Part shown: positions 46,736 to 56,090 of the stretch, piece after piece | How the letters are laid out: every line of letters starts with the position of its first letter | How positions within the stretch are numbered: the first letter of the stretch is position 1 | NCBI GenBank assembly: GCA_036340075.1 | Contig: JAYYZJ010000008.1 | Span: 25,836 to 89,835 of the forward strand | Source of the DNA: Thermodesulfobacteriota bacterium | GTDB taxonomy: Bacteria; Desulfobacterota_D; UBA1144 | Length of the DNA stretch: 64,000 nt | Direction of reading: 5' to 3' | Notes under the pieces: generated by a model | Database searches by the model: none | What the model was told of the DNA's origin: nothing | The model's input: the letters and a program-made list of their open reading frames with translations, nothing else | Translations under genes and position numbers: made by a program

Positions 46736-47806
46736 ATGATGGATCTCAAAGAAAAGATTTTTTCTAATTCCAGAATTGATTCAGATGAGGGTCTAGAAAT
46801 CCTTAAGAAGTTCTCTACATTAGAAATCGGTCAATTTGCAAATTTTGTAAAGCTAAATAGAGGCTTGAATAAGGAAGTGGGATTTGTTGTTGATACTAAT
46901 CCAAATTATACAAATATTTGTGATACCGAATGCAGCTTTTGTGCATTCTGGAGAACAAAGGATTCCAATGATTCATATACTCTTCCAGTAGATAAAATTA
47001 TTGAGATTGTTCGCACTTCGTATCATAATGGAGCTACTACGGTTCTCTTACAAGGAGGCCACAATTCTTCTATTGATTTAGATTATTATTCTGAATTAAT
47101 AAAAAGAGTACTAAAAGAAGTACCGGGGATACATTTACATGCTTTTTCAGCACCAGAAATTCACTCTATTGCAAAATATACAAATAAAACAAGCAAAGAT
47201 ATCTTGAAATTATTTTGGGACTTAGGCCTAAGAACAATGCCCGGGGGTGGGGCGGAAGTTCTTTCTAATAAAGTCAGAAAAAAGATAAGCCCACTTAAAA
47301 TTTCTGCTGATGATTGGATGAGAATAACTAGAGAAGCACATATAGTGGGATTTAAGACAACTGCAACTATGATGTTCGGACATTTAGAAGAGGATGAAGA
47401 TATAGTTGAACATTTAGGAAAAATAAGAGAATTACAAGATGAAACAAATGGATTTCTCTCTTTTATCCCATGGACTTTTAAACCAGAAAATACTTTTATT
47501 GGAAATAAAATTAAATCCGAGATTGGCGGTGATAGGTACTTAAGAGTGTTGGGACTATCAAGAATTTTTCTTGATAACTTTAAGCATATACAAGGTTCAT
47601 GGTTTACTCAGGGTTTTAAAGTGGGTGGTATGTCTTTGCATTATGGAGCCAATGATGTTGGTGGAACCTTGCTTCAGGAAAATGTTTTAAAACTTGCAAA
47701 CAATCCTTACAAGGCAGGGATTAATCAAATTATTCACCTAATTAAATCAGAAGGTTTTCAACCTATTCAGAGAAATACTTTTTACGAGCCAATCAAATCT
47801 TATTAG
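46736..47806 (+). CDS. mqnC: Radical SAM cyclic dehypoxanthinyl futalosine synthase (CofH/MqnC family)
   Basis: DTNPNYTNICDTECSFCAF, LLQGG, MPGGGAE, TTATMMFGH, FIPWTF, HIQGSW, GANDVG. Confidence 0.85.
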   Translation: MMDLKEKIFSNSRIDSDEGLEILKKFSTLEIGQFANFVKLNRGLNKEVGFVVDTNPNYTNICDTECSFCAFWRTKDSNDSYTLPVDKIIEIVRTSYHNGATTVLLQGGHNSSIDLDYYSELIKRVLKEVPGIHLHAFSAPEIHSIAKYTNKTSKDILKLFWDLGLRTMPGGGAEVLSNKVRKKISPLKISADDWMRITREAHIVGFKTTATMMFGHLEEDEDIVEHLGKIRELQDETNGFLSFIPWTFKPENTFIGNKIKSEIGGDRYLRVLGLSRIFLDNFKHIQGSWFTQGFKVGGMSLHYGANDVGGTLLQENVLKLANNPYKAGINQIIHLIKSEGFQPIQRNTFYEPIKSY

Positions 47807-48323
47807 TAAGTATTTCCTCAGAGAATATATTTATTTCTTTTTTATGTAATTCAGGATTTTCTTGCCAATGAATTATAGTTGCAAACATATCCTTTACAAA
47901 TATTTGAATTTCTTCATTATCTGAGTCCCATATCTTATCTACAGAAAATAAAGATATAAATTTCTTTGAGAAATAAGTCTGCTCGAACTGAGTAGATTTA
48001 AGTTCATTTCTTTTAAATCTGACACAACAATAAGAATCGGCACATATAATGCTATATTTCTCATTCAACCCCAGAATCATAGACTTGGCAATTACTAGGC
48101 CTTGGCATATTACATAGAATAAATCTAAATTTATCTTGGAAAAATCGATTTTTTCAAATAAATTATCACTAAGAACAGCTTTTCCCTTGTATATTAAACG
48201 AGGCAAATCCTCATTATGGATTAGTTGGCTAGGAAAATCAGTTATTACCTGACACATAGAAAAACTGGAGCTTACATCTTCCCATATAGCCCTTTTTTTC
48301 TCTTCTAAAGTGAGTTCCGCCAC
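47793..48323 (-). CDS. Hypothetical protein
   Basis: 176-aa ORF with GTG start, filling the gap between mqnC and bioB. Confidence 0.6.
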   Translation of the reverse strand: MAELTLEEKKRAIWEDVSSSFSMCQVITDFPSQLIHNEDLPRLIYKGKAVLSDNLFEKIDFSKINLDLFYVICQGLVIAKSMILGLNEKYSIICADSYCCVRFKRNELKSTQFEQTYFSKKFISLFSVDKIWDSDNEEIQIFVKDMFATIIHWQENPELHKKEINIFSEEILTNKI

Positions 48324-48333
48324 AGTAAGAAAT

Positions 48334-48378
48334 TATAACCTAGATTGAATAAAGCTTATATTGTATGTAAAATACATA
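48334..48378 (+). promoter_or_regulatory. bioB promoter overlapped by two inverted repeats
   Basis: TTGAAT (48345-48350), 17 nt, TAAAAT (48368-48373). Inverted repeats TATAACC-N13-GCTTATA and TATGTA-AAA-TACATA. Confidence 0.45.
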
Positions 48379-48400
48379 GAGTTTTTTGGAAGATATAAAA

Positions 48401-49384
48401 ATGGATTTTACTAAATTAGAAGATAGGCTACTTAACAAAGAAGAAGATATTACCTTCGATGAGGCTTTAGAGCTTACAAATACACCTAATGACAAAATCT
48501 TAGAACTTACATCTCTTGCAAGAAGAGTGACTTTGAAATATAAGGGTGACGGAGTTTTCCTTAGATCAATTATTAGTGCCAAAACAGGAGATTGCTCAGA
48601 AGATTGTTCGTTTTGCTCACAGTCGGTACATTATTCTTCGCCAATTTCTAAGCATCCCTTTTTAGATCCAGACGAGGTCCTTCAAGCAGCGCTCCAATCA
48701 GAAAAAATGGGTGCATTTGATTTTTGTATAGTTATTGCAGTCAAAGGTCCAAACAAAAGACAATTTCAAAAAGTTTTAGAATCTATAGAATTAATTAAGA
48801 AACATACTAAGCTCGAGATAGGTTGTTCTTTAGGTAGTTTAACTAAAGAACAAGCAGATGCTCTGGGTGAAGCAGGAGTATGGAGATATAATCACAATAT
48901 AGAAGCTTGCAAGGAGTACTTCCCTAACATTTGCTCTACTCATACTTATGAAGATAGAGTTAGCACAGCAAAACTTGTGAAAGAGGCTGGGATGGAGCTT
49001 TGTTGCGGCGGAATAATTGGTATGGGAGAAACTGTCAAACAAAGAATACAACTAGCTTTTGAGATTAAAGAACTTGATCCACACACTGTTCCAATTAATT
49101 TTCTTAATCCAAGAAAGGGGACTCCTTTAGGTCATTTGAAGCCTTTGCCCAGTTTGGAAGCTATTAAAACTATTGCGATTTTTAGATTGATAATGCCTAG
49201 TAAAGTTTTAATGTCAGGTGGAGGAAGAGAAATCACATTAAGAGATCTTCAATCTATGGGAATTATGGCTGGATCAAATGGAATGATAATAGGCAATTAT
49301 TTAACTACTGTAGGCCGATCTCCGGAAGAGGATCTTAAAATGATAGAAGACTTAGAAATACCTATTAGGGATAGATACAGCTAA
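48401..49384 (+). CDS. bioB: Biotin synthase
   Basis: KTGDCSEDCSFCSQS, YNHNIE, CCGGIIGMGET, VPINFL, GNYLTT. ATG 48401 preferred over TTG 48386. Confidence 0.96.
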   Translation: MDFTKLEDRLLNKEEDITFDEALELTNTPNDKILELTSLARRVTLKYKGDGVFLRSIISAKTGDCSEDCSFCSQSVHYSSPISKHPFLDPDEVLQAALQSEKMGAFDFCIVIAVKGPNKRQFQKVLESIELIKKHTKLEIGCSLGSLTKEQADALGEAGVWRYNHNIEACKEYFPNICSTHTYEDRVSTAKLVKEAGMELCCGGIIGMGETVKQRIQLAFEIKELDPHTVPINFLNPRKGTPLGHLKPLPSLEAIKTIAIFRLIMPSKVLMSGGGREITLRDLQSMGIMAGSNGMIIGNYLTTVGRSPEEDLKMIEDLEIPIRDRYS

Positions 49385-49398
49385 ATCTAAAATCTATA

Positions 49399-50724
49399 AT
49401 GACCTCAAAATCAAATATTAAATCATATGATCTAGATTATATTTGGCATCCTTTTACCCAAATGAAAGAGTATGCAGAAGAAGAGCCTCTTGTAATTGAG
49501 GATTCTGATGGCGTCTATTTAATTGATTCTGATGGTAAAAAATATATTGATGGTGTTTCTTCTTTGTGGGTGAATATACATGGTCACAAAGTAGAAAAAA
49601 TTGACAATGCTGTTAAAAAACAATTAAATAAGAATTCACATTCTACTCTGTTAGGTATTACAAACCCATCAGCAGCTATTTTAGCAAAAAAACTAATTGA
49701 TATAGCACCTAAAGGGTTGAAAAAAGTCTTTTATTCTGGAGATGGAGCAAGTGCTGTAGAAGTCGCATTAAAGATGGCTTTTCATTATTGGATTCTAAGA
49801 AACAAGCCAGAAAAACAGAAATTTATTTGTCTCAAAGACGGATACCATGGAGACACATTAGGAGCGGTTTCTGTTGGAGGAATTGATATTTTTCATTCAA
49901 CTTATAAGCCTCTTCTCTTTGAGTCCTTACAGATTTCTTCATATGATTCTTCGAATCAAACACTTCTTGAACTAGAAGAGATTCTGGATAAAAAATCTGA
50001 TGAAGTAGCTGCGATTATTCTTGAACCTTATGTTCAAGCTGCAGGTGGAATAAAAGTTGCCAGTCCTGGATATTTAAAGAAAATTAAAATCCTTTGTGAT
50101 AAATACAATATTCTTTTAATTGCAGACGAAGTAGCAACTGCATTTGGAAGGACAGGAGAAATGTTTGCCTGCAATCATGATAGTGTTACACCCGACATAC
50201 TAGTTCTTGGTAAAGGTTTAACCAGTGGTTATTTGCCACTGTCGGCCACAATAACAACACAAGATATTTTTGATGCTTTTCTAGGAGAAGCGGATGAACT
50301 TAAAACTTTCTTCCATGGTCATAGCTACAGTGGAAATCCTCTAGCCTGTGCAACTGGTATTGCTAATTTGGAAATTTTTGAAGAAGAAAAAACTATTTTC
50401 AAAATAAAGAAAACTGTTGAAATTTTAGAGGACGAATTAAAAGAATTTAGGGGGCTTAGTCATGTAAGCGACATAAGAAACAAAGGTCTTATGGCAGGCA
50501 TTGATTTAAAAAAAGATCCAAGCAAGGGTATTTCTTATAAAATAAATGAAAGGATAGGTAAAAAAGTATGTGATTTAGCAAAAGAAGAGGGTGTTTTGAT
50601 TAGACCATTAGGTGACACTATAGTTATAATGCCTCCTGTTTCAATAAAAGAAAAAGAGCTTAAAAAACTTACTAGATCAATATATAAATGTATTAAAATA
50701 GTTACTGAGGATGAAAAAGAATAA
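49399..50724 (+). CDS. bioA: Adenosylmethionine-8-amino-7-oxononanoate aminotransferase
   Basis: IWHPFTQM, GYHGDT, ADEVATAFGRTG, GKGLTSGYLP, FFHGHSY, IRPLG. Confidence 0.96.
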   Translation: MTSKSNIKSYDLDYIWHPFTQMKEYAEEEPLVIEDSDGVYLIDSDGKKYIDGVSSLWVNIHGHKVEKIDNAVKKQLNKNSHSTLLGITNPSAAILAKKLIDIAPKGLKKVFYSGDGASAVEVALKMAFHYWILRNKPEKQKFICLKDGYHGDTLGAVSVGGIDIFHSTYKPLLFESLQISSYDSSNQTLLELEEILDKKSDEVAAIILEPYVQAAGGIKVASPGYLKKIKILCDKYNILLIADEVATAFGRTGEMFACNHDSVTPDILVLGKGLTSGYLPLSATITTQDIFDAFLGEADELKTFFHGHSYSGNPLACATGIANLEIFEEEKTIFKIKKTVEILEDELKEFRGLSHVSDIRNKGLMAGIDLKKDPSKGISYKINERIGKKVCDLAKEEGVLIRPLGDTIVIMPPVSIKEKELKKLTRSIYKCIKIVTEDEKE

Positions 50725-52246
50725 TTTTGAGAAATCGATATCGAAACAACTAAAAGATATTAAGAGAGCAAATTTACATAGGACCTTAATAGAAATTTCT
50801 AGCTCTATGGGTCCAGAAATAAAAATTGCAAATAAGGAATTATACCAATTTGCATCAAACAACTATTTAGGTATAACCATAAATCCCGAGGTTGTAAAAG
50901 CATCTATAGATGGCTTAAAAATTTTTGGTACAGGAACAGGTGGGTCTAGACTTGTTACTGGAACATCATCATTACATAAAGAACTAGAAAAAGAAATAGC
51001 GGCTTTCAAAAAAACTGAAGACGCAATAGTTTTTAGTTCCGGTTATTTGGCAAACATAGGGACAATTTCAAGTCTAATGGGGGAAAATGATGTTATTTTT
51101 AGCGATGAACTTAATCATGCATCACTAATAGATGGCTGTAAAATTTCGAAAGCCAAGACTGTAATTTACAAACATTGCGACATGGAAGACCTGGAAAGAA
51201 AAATTATCTCGTTCTCTAAAGGAATGAATCAAAGAATGATTCTAACAGATAGCGTCTTTAGCATGGATGGAGATATAGCCCCGTTAGATAAAATAATTGA
51301 ATTGTGTAAAAAATATGACTGTATATCAATGATAGACGAGGCTCATGCTACAGGAGTTCTTGGGAAAAATGGTGCTGGTGCTAGTGAGTTTTTTAATATT
51401 GAAGACAAAGTAGATATATGTATGGGTACTCTCTCTAAAGCAATAGGTTCAATTGGAGGATATGTAGCAGGATCCTTTGATTTGATAGACTTTCTAAAAA
51501 ATAAAGCACGATCATTTATATTTGACACATCTCTTCCAGCATCTACTCTTAATGCTTCGATTTCAGCAATAAGAATTATTCGTGAAAACAATTCTATAAG
51601 AGAAAACCTAAGTAACAATATAAAAAACCTGTCGAACTTTTTAGATGAGAATCAGTTTCCTCATTTTAATTCCCAAACGGCTATTGTTCCAATATTAATA
51701 GGTGGAGAAAAAGAAACTCTAAAAGTTTCAGATTCACTCTTGTCTAATGGTGTATTTATTCCAGCTGTAAGACCGCCATCAGTCCCAGCTGGCAAATCAA
51801 GAATCCGAATTACATTAATGGCTTTACATAAGAAAAAGCATATGGACCGACTCTTTGAATCTTTATTCTCCATCAAAAAAATGATAGACAAGACACAAAG
51901 AGGAAGTAAGATTAAAGCAGAAAGAGGAACCAAGCTGCTATCTAAATTAGATAATGATTTTGAGGTATTTTGGAAGTTGCTTGCAGGAAGAAAGATAAAT
52001 AAGAAAAAAGCAAGACTAGAATATTTGAAGATAAATACTAATCTAAGTGCCGAAGATTTGGCTCAAAGATTTAATCAACTTTATAATCAAACTGATGATG
52101 AAAAATATGTCCCCTATCCTGAAAGATGGCTAAAATATGAGAGATGGAATGATGAACTAATCGAGGTCTCTAAAGGAGAAAGAGTTTATCGTGATAAGCA
52201 AGGATATGTAATATCAAAAGAAGATTGGGAAAAGGAGCAGGTCTAG
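50711..52246 (+). CDS. bioF: 8-amino-7-oxononanoate synthase fused to an extra C-terminal domain of about 120 aa
   Basis: FASNNYLG, SRLVTG, DELNHASL, SMDGD, DEAH, GTLSKA, AVRPPSVP. The extra domain follows at about 51880. Confidence 0.93.
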   Translation: MKKNNFEKSISKQLKDIKRANLHRTLIEISSSMGPEIKIANKELYQFASNNYLGITINPEVVKASIDGLKIFGTGTGGSRLVTGTSSLHKELEKEIAAFKKTEDAIVFSSGYLANIGTISSLMGENDVIFSDELNHASLIDGCKISKAKTVIYKHCDMEDLERKIISFSKGMNQRMILTDSVFSMDGDIAPLDKIIELCKKYDCISMIDEAHATGVLGKNGAGASEFFNIEDKVDICMGTLSKAIGSIGGYVAGSFDLIDFLKNKARSFIFDTSLPASTLNASISAIRIIRENNSIRENLSNNIKNLSNFLDENQFPHFNSQTAIVPILIGGEKETLKVSDSLLSNGVFIPAVRPPSVPAGKSRIRITLMALHKKKHMDRLFESLFSIKKMIDKTQRGSKIKAERGTKLLSKLDNDFEVFWKLLAGRKINKKKARLEYLKINTNLSAEDLAQRFNQLYNQTDDEKYVPYPERWLKYERWNDELIEVSKGERVYRDKQGYVISKEDWEKEQV

Positions 52247-52256
52247 CCTAGCTAAA

Positions 52257-53660
52257 ATGAAAAGAGTTATATTTTTACTTCTAGATGGTTCTAGAGTTGA
52301 GGCCATAAACAAATATTTAGATTTAGGTTATTTACCTAATTTAAAGAATCTAATAGAGAATAAAGGGTCTAATCAAAGTGCTATAACGGTATTTCCATCA
52401 ACAACAGGTCCTGCATATGTTCCATTTCTCATGGGTCTATATCCAGGGAATGCAAATCTTCCAGGAATTAGATGGTTTGATAAATATAAATATTCTAAGA
52501 GTAAGTGGAATCGCGATGGACATAGAAGCTATGTAGGCATTGAATCTATATTTCTTAATTCGGATATTAAAAAATCAAAAAAGACAATATTTGAATACAT
52601 TCCTCAATCAAGATCAATATTTAATGAAATAACTAAAGGAATCAACCCAAAGTTCAATATGACAAAGTTAGCGAAGATATATTACAAAATGAAATCACAC
52701 TTCTTTGGTTCAAACGATATCGACTCTTTGGCGATGAGAAAACTACTAGAGGCGATAGATACAGATGCGGAATTTATTTTTTGTTGTTTGCATGGAGTAG
52801 ATTCAAACTCCCATATATATGGGTGCAATCATAATGCTGTAATAGATTCTTATAAAGAGTTTGATTTAAATCTGGGTTTAGTTATTAATAAAATAAAAAA
52901 AAGAAATGAGATGAAAGATACGCTATTGATTATTACTAGTGATCATGGCCATTCTGACACTGCTATTCACATAGATTTAGTAGAGTTTCTTCAATCAAGA
53001 GGACATAAGGTTTTATCTTATCCTATGATATTTAATAAATATTTATCAGATATAGATTGTTCGGTTATGGTTTCAGGCAATTCAATGGCTCATATATACC
53101 TAAGAAGTGAGTCTAATTGGAAAAATAAAACTCATTTTCCGGAATCCGACAAATTGATTAATGACTTGTTAAAAACTGATGGTATTGATTTAGTTCTTAC
53201 TTTAAATGAAAAACAACAAATCCAAGTTAGAAGCAAGAAAGGTTTTGCATTAATAGAAGAAAAAGAAAATCTAATTTACTATAAACCATTGAAAGATGAT
53301 CCGTTTAATTATAAAGAAATGAATGAGATGCTCAGTTTTGAAGAAATTTTAAGAGAGACTCAGAATTCTGATTATCCTGATGCAATTACACAGATTGTTC
53401 AGCTTTTTAAATCACCAAGATGCGGAGATATAGTTATAAGTGCAGAAACGGGTTATGATCTAAGAAAAGATTACGAATATCCTGAACACAAGTCTTCTCA
53501 CGGCTCTCTTAAAAGAGAACATATGGTTGTCCCTCTAATTGTAAACAAAAAAATAAATGATAAGAATATAAGAACCGTTGATTTGTTTCCTACAATTCTA
53601 AATTATCTTGGTAAAGATTTAATAGATGGTATTGATGGAAAAAATCTAAATATTGATTAA
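52257..53660 (+). CDS. Alkaline phosphatase superfamily, nucleotide pyrophosphatase/phosphodiesterase-like
   Basis: LLDG, VFPSTT (nucleophile Thr), DSNSH, TSDHGH, HGSL, RTVDLFPT. No signal peptide. Confidence 0.88.
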   Translation: MKRVIFLLLDGSRVEAINKYLDLGYLPNLKNLIENKGSNQSAITVFPSTTGPAYVPFLMGLYPGNANLPGIRWFDKYKYSKSKWNRDGHRSYVGIESIFLNSDIKKSKKTIFEYIPQSRSIFNEITKGINPKFNMTKLAKIYYKMKSHFFGSNDIDSLAMRKLLEAIDTDAEFIFCCLHGVDSNSHIYGCNHNAVIDSYKEFDLNLGLVINKIKKRNEMKDTLLIITSDHGHSDTAIHIDLVEFLQSRGHKVLSYPMIFNKYLSDIDCSVMVSGNSMAHIYLRSESNWKNKTHFPESDKLINDLLKTDGIDLVLTLNEKQQIQVRSKKGFALIEEKENLIYYKPLKDDPFNYKEMNEMLSFEEILRETQNSDYPDAITQIVQLFKSPRCGDIVISAETGYDLRKDYEYPEHKSSHGSLKREHMVVPLIVNKKINDKNIRTVDLFPTILNYLGKDLIDGIDGKNLNID

Positions 53661-54152
53661 ATCTTTTTTATTTAGAAGTTTCCTGAGATCCTTTTCTGTT
53701 TCTTCTTCCTTAGTCTTTTCAGTTGCACTAATTTCTTTAACTAATCTTGTAAAAGCATTTTCAAGTATTTTTTGTTCACCAAAAGACAACTCTTTTGTTT
53801 TCGAAATATCATTAATTTCTCTAAAAACTTCACCAGCTTTAATTATATTCCCTGTCTTTAATTTTTCCGTATATGTCCTATATCTTTTATTCCAACTAAC
53901 ATTGTCCTCGATTTTATACCTACTTTTCCCCTTAATTAAGAGCCATAATTCTTTTAGCTCGCTTTTTTTTGCAATAGGCCTTAAGCCCCTCGCATTCACT
54001 GAACTCTGGGGAATCATAACAGTTACGTCGCTATCTACCACTTTAAGGATTAGGAATTTATGCGAAACATTAGCAATATTTTTTTCTTCAATTGAGGCTA
54101 CCGTTACAAGGCCATGGGATGGGTAGACGGCTTTATCACCGACTTTATACAT
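53646..54152 (-). CDS. carD: CarD/CdnL RNA polymerase-binding transcription factor
   Basis: YKVGDKAVYPSHG, GLRP, WNKRYR, LSFGE. Confidence 0.93.
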   Translation of the reverse strand: MYKVGDKAVYPSHGLVTVASIEEKNIANVSHKFLILKVVDSDVTVMIPQSSVNARGLRPIAKKSELKELWLLIKGKSRYKIEDNVSWNKRYRTYTEKLKTGNIIKAGEVFREINDISKTKELSFGEQKILENAFTRLVKEISATEKTKEEETEKDLRKLLNKKDLINI

Positions 54153-54245
54153 AAATTTATTATCTCACATTTCATATTCTACCGCAATTTGTATTTAATA
54201 CTTTTTTGATTGACTAAATAAATAATAATGATTTATATTCAACAT

Positions 54246-55211
54246 ATGGATGTTAACAATTTGTTGAGAACTTTTGAAAGACACTTAAGAGGAGAGAACT
54301 TGTCTGAAAACACAGTAGTTACTTACTTGGGCGATATACTTTTTTACTTTTCAGAACAAAACTGTGTCAAAGAAAATGTGGATCCAAAAAAATTTTCCAA
54401 AGCTATAAGCAAAGAAACCATTACAAACTACTTTCAAAATATTATTTTTTCAGACAAGTATAAGAATAATCTTAAGCTTAAAGGCAAACTAAGAAGAACT
54501 GCGTCAAAAAAAATTTCCGCATTTTCTAAATTTTTTACATATTTGGAAAGGGAAGGGATATTAGACAAAAATTATTTAAAAGGAATAGATCGTACTGAAT
54601 TAATAGGAAAGCATGAAAAAAGCATTGAACACAAGAACTATATAGATCAAAAAAAGCTTTATCTCTTTGTTGAAGAGCTAGAGAAGCTTTATAAAGGTAG
54701 CAAAGATAATTATCTTCAATTAAGAGATGTTTCTATACTTTTTGTTCTTATTTTTTCAGGATTAAGAGCATCGGAAGTTGCAAATATAAGTATTGGAAAT
54801 ATAGATTTAGATAACAATATAATTAAAAACGTTACAAGAAAAAGAGGAGAAAAGGTTGAAATTCCTATTGAGTCTCATTATCTTAAACCAGCAATGACTG
54901 ATTATGTTAATCTGAGAAAAAGAAAACCTTTCGATCATAACCAGTTATTTACTAATAATAGAGGAGGGAGAATTTCAAGACACCTAATTTATAAAATAGT
55001 AGAGAAATATTCATTAAAATCACTTGGCTATAGAGTCCACCCTCATACTTTTAGACACACATTTGCTACATGTTTATTGTTGAACGGCGCTACAACAGCT
55101 GAGGTAAAAACTATGCTTGATCATAAAAATATTGCTTCTACTGAAGTATATGAGCATGTAAATGAAATAAAAACTAAGTATAATCTTATAAATAATTTTT
55201 ATAAAAAATAG
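54246..55211 (+). CDS. xerC: Tyrosine recombinase, XerC-like
   Basis: LSENTV..Y, GLRASE, HPHTFRHTFAT, LDH..IASTEVY. Directly upstream of argB. The TTGACT promoter at 54210 favours ATG 54246. Confidence 0.75.
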   Translation: MDVNNLLRTFERHLRGENLSENTVVTYLGDILFYFSEQNCVKENVDPKKFSKAISKETITNYFQNIIFSDKYKNNLKLKGKLRRTASKKISAFSKFFTYLEREGILDKNYLKGIDRTELIGKHEKSIEHKNYIDQKKLYLFVEELEKLYKGSKDNYLQLRDVSILFVLIFSGLRASEVANISIGNIDLDNNIIKNVTRKRGEKVEIPIESHYLKPAMTDYVNLRKRKPFDHNQLFTNNRGGRISRHLIYKIVEKYSLKSLGYRVHPHTFRHTFATCLLLNGATTAEVKTMLDHKNIASTEVYEHVNEIKTKYNLINNFYKK

Positions 55212-55237
55212 AATTATTATTTAAGTGTAATTACAAC

Positions 55238-56083
55238 ATGAAGAAGAATATTCAAATCGCAAAGACTTTAATTGAAGCTTTGCCGTATATTAAAAAATTT
55301 AATTCGAAAACCATTGTACTTAAATATGGTGGAAGCATAGGTTCAAAAGATTTTTCTAACTTTGCAACGGATTTAGTTTTGATGAAATTGGTTGGTATAA
55401 ATCCCATTGTTGTACATGGAGGAGGAATTGAAATCAATAAAGCATTGAAACTTAGTGGCATTGAGTCAGAATTTATAAATGGACTTAGAATTACTTGTGA
55501 TAAAAGCATGAAGATAGTTGAAAAAACTTTGATTAGCAAAGTAAACAAGGAAATTGTATTAAAAATTAATTATAATGGTGGTAATGCAATTGGTGTTTCC
55601 GGCAAAGATAATCAATTACTTAAAGTGAAGAAGCTTAAATCCGCTGATGGCGACTTGGGAAGGGTAGGAGAAATAATTAAGGTCAATACAAAGTCTATTA
55701 AGAAATTGCAAGATTTAGGCTACATACCAGTAGTGGCACCAATTGGTTGTGACAATAGAGGCGTTACTTATAATATTAATGCTGATCATGTAGCTTCAAA
55801 GGTCGCTTCCTCGATAAAAGCAGAAAAATTAATTGTTCTTACAAATGTTTCTGGAATATCTGGCAAAAATGGGAAATTGATATCATCGCTAAGTAAGAGC
55901 CAAGCAAATTCTCTTATCAAGAAAGGGATTATAAAAAAGGGGATGCTCCCAAAGGTTAAATGTTTAGTTGAAGCTTTATCTGGAGGAGTTGCAAAAGCTC
56001 ATATTATTGACGGCAGGATTCCGCATGCCGTTATATTGGAAACTTTTACTGATGCGGGAATAGGTACAGAGATTTTATTATGA
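55238..56083 (+). CDS. argB: Acetylglutamate kinase
   Basis: EALPYI, KYGG, VHGGG, NINAD, GMLPK, IIDGRIPH. Confidence 0.97.
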   Translation: MKKNIQIAKTLIEALPYIKKFNSKTIVLKYGGSIGSKDFSNFATDLVLMKLVGINPIVVHGGGIEINKALKLSGIESEFINGLRITCDKSMKIVEKTLISKVNKEIVLKINYNGGNAIGVSGKDNQLLKVKKLKSADGDLGRVGEIIKVNTKSIKKLQDLGYIPVVAPIGCDNRGVTYNINADHVASKVASSIKAEKLIVLTNVSGISGKNGKLISSLSKSQANSLIKKGIIKKGMLPKVKCLVEALSGGVAKAHIIDGRIPHAVILETFTDAGIGTEILL

Positions 56084-56090
56084 GGAAATT

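Noticed and set aside
54228..55211. Tyrosine recombinase considered as a prophage, island or integron integrase
   Set aside because: It is flanked by housekeeping carD and argB, with no att repeats, cassettes or cargo genes and no obvious integron-specific insertion.
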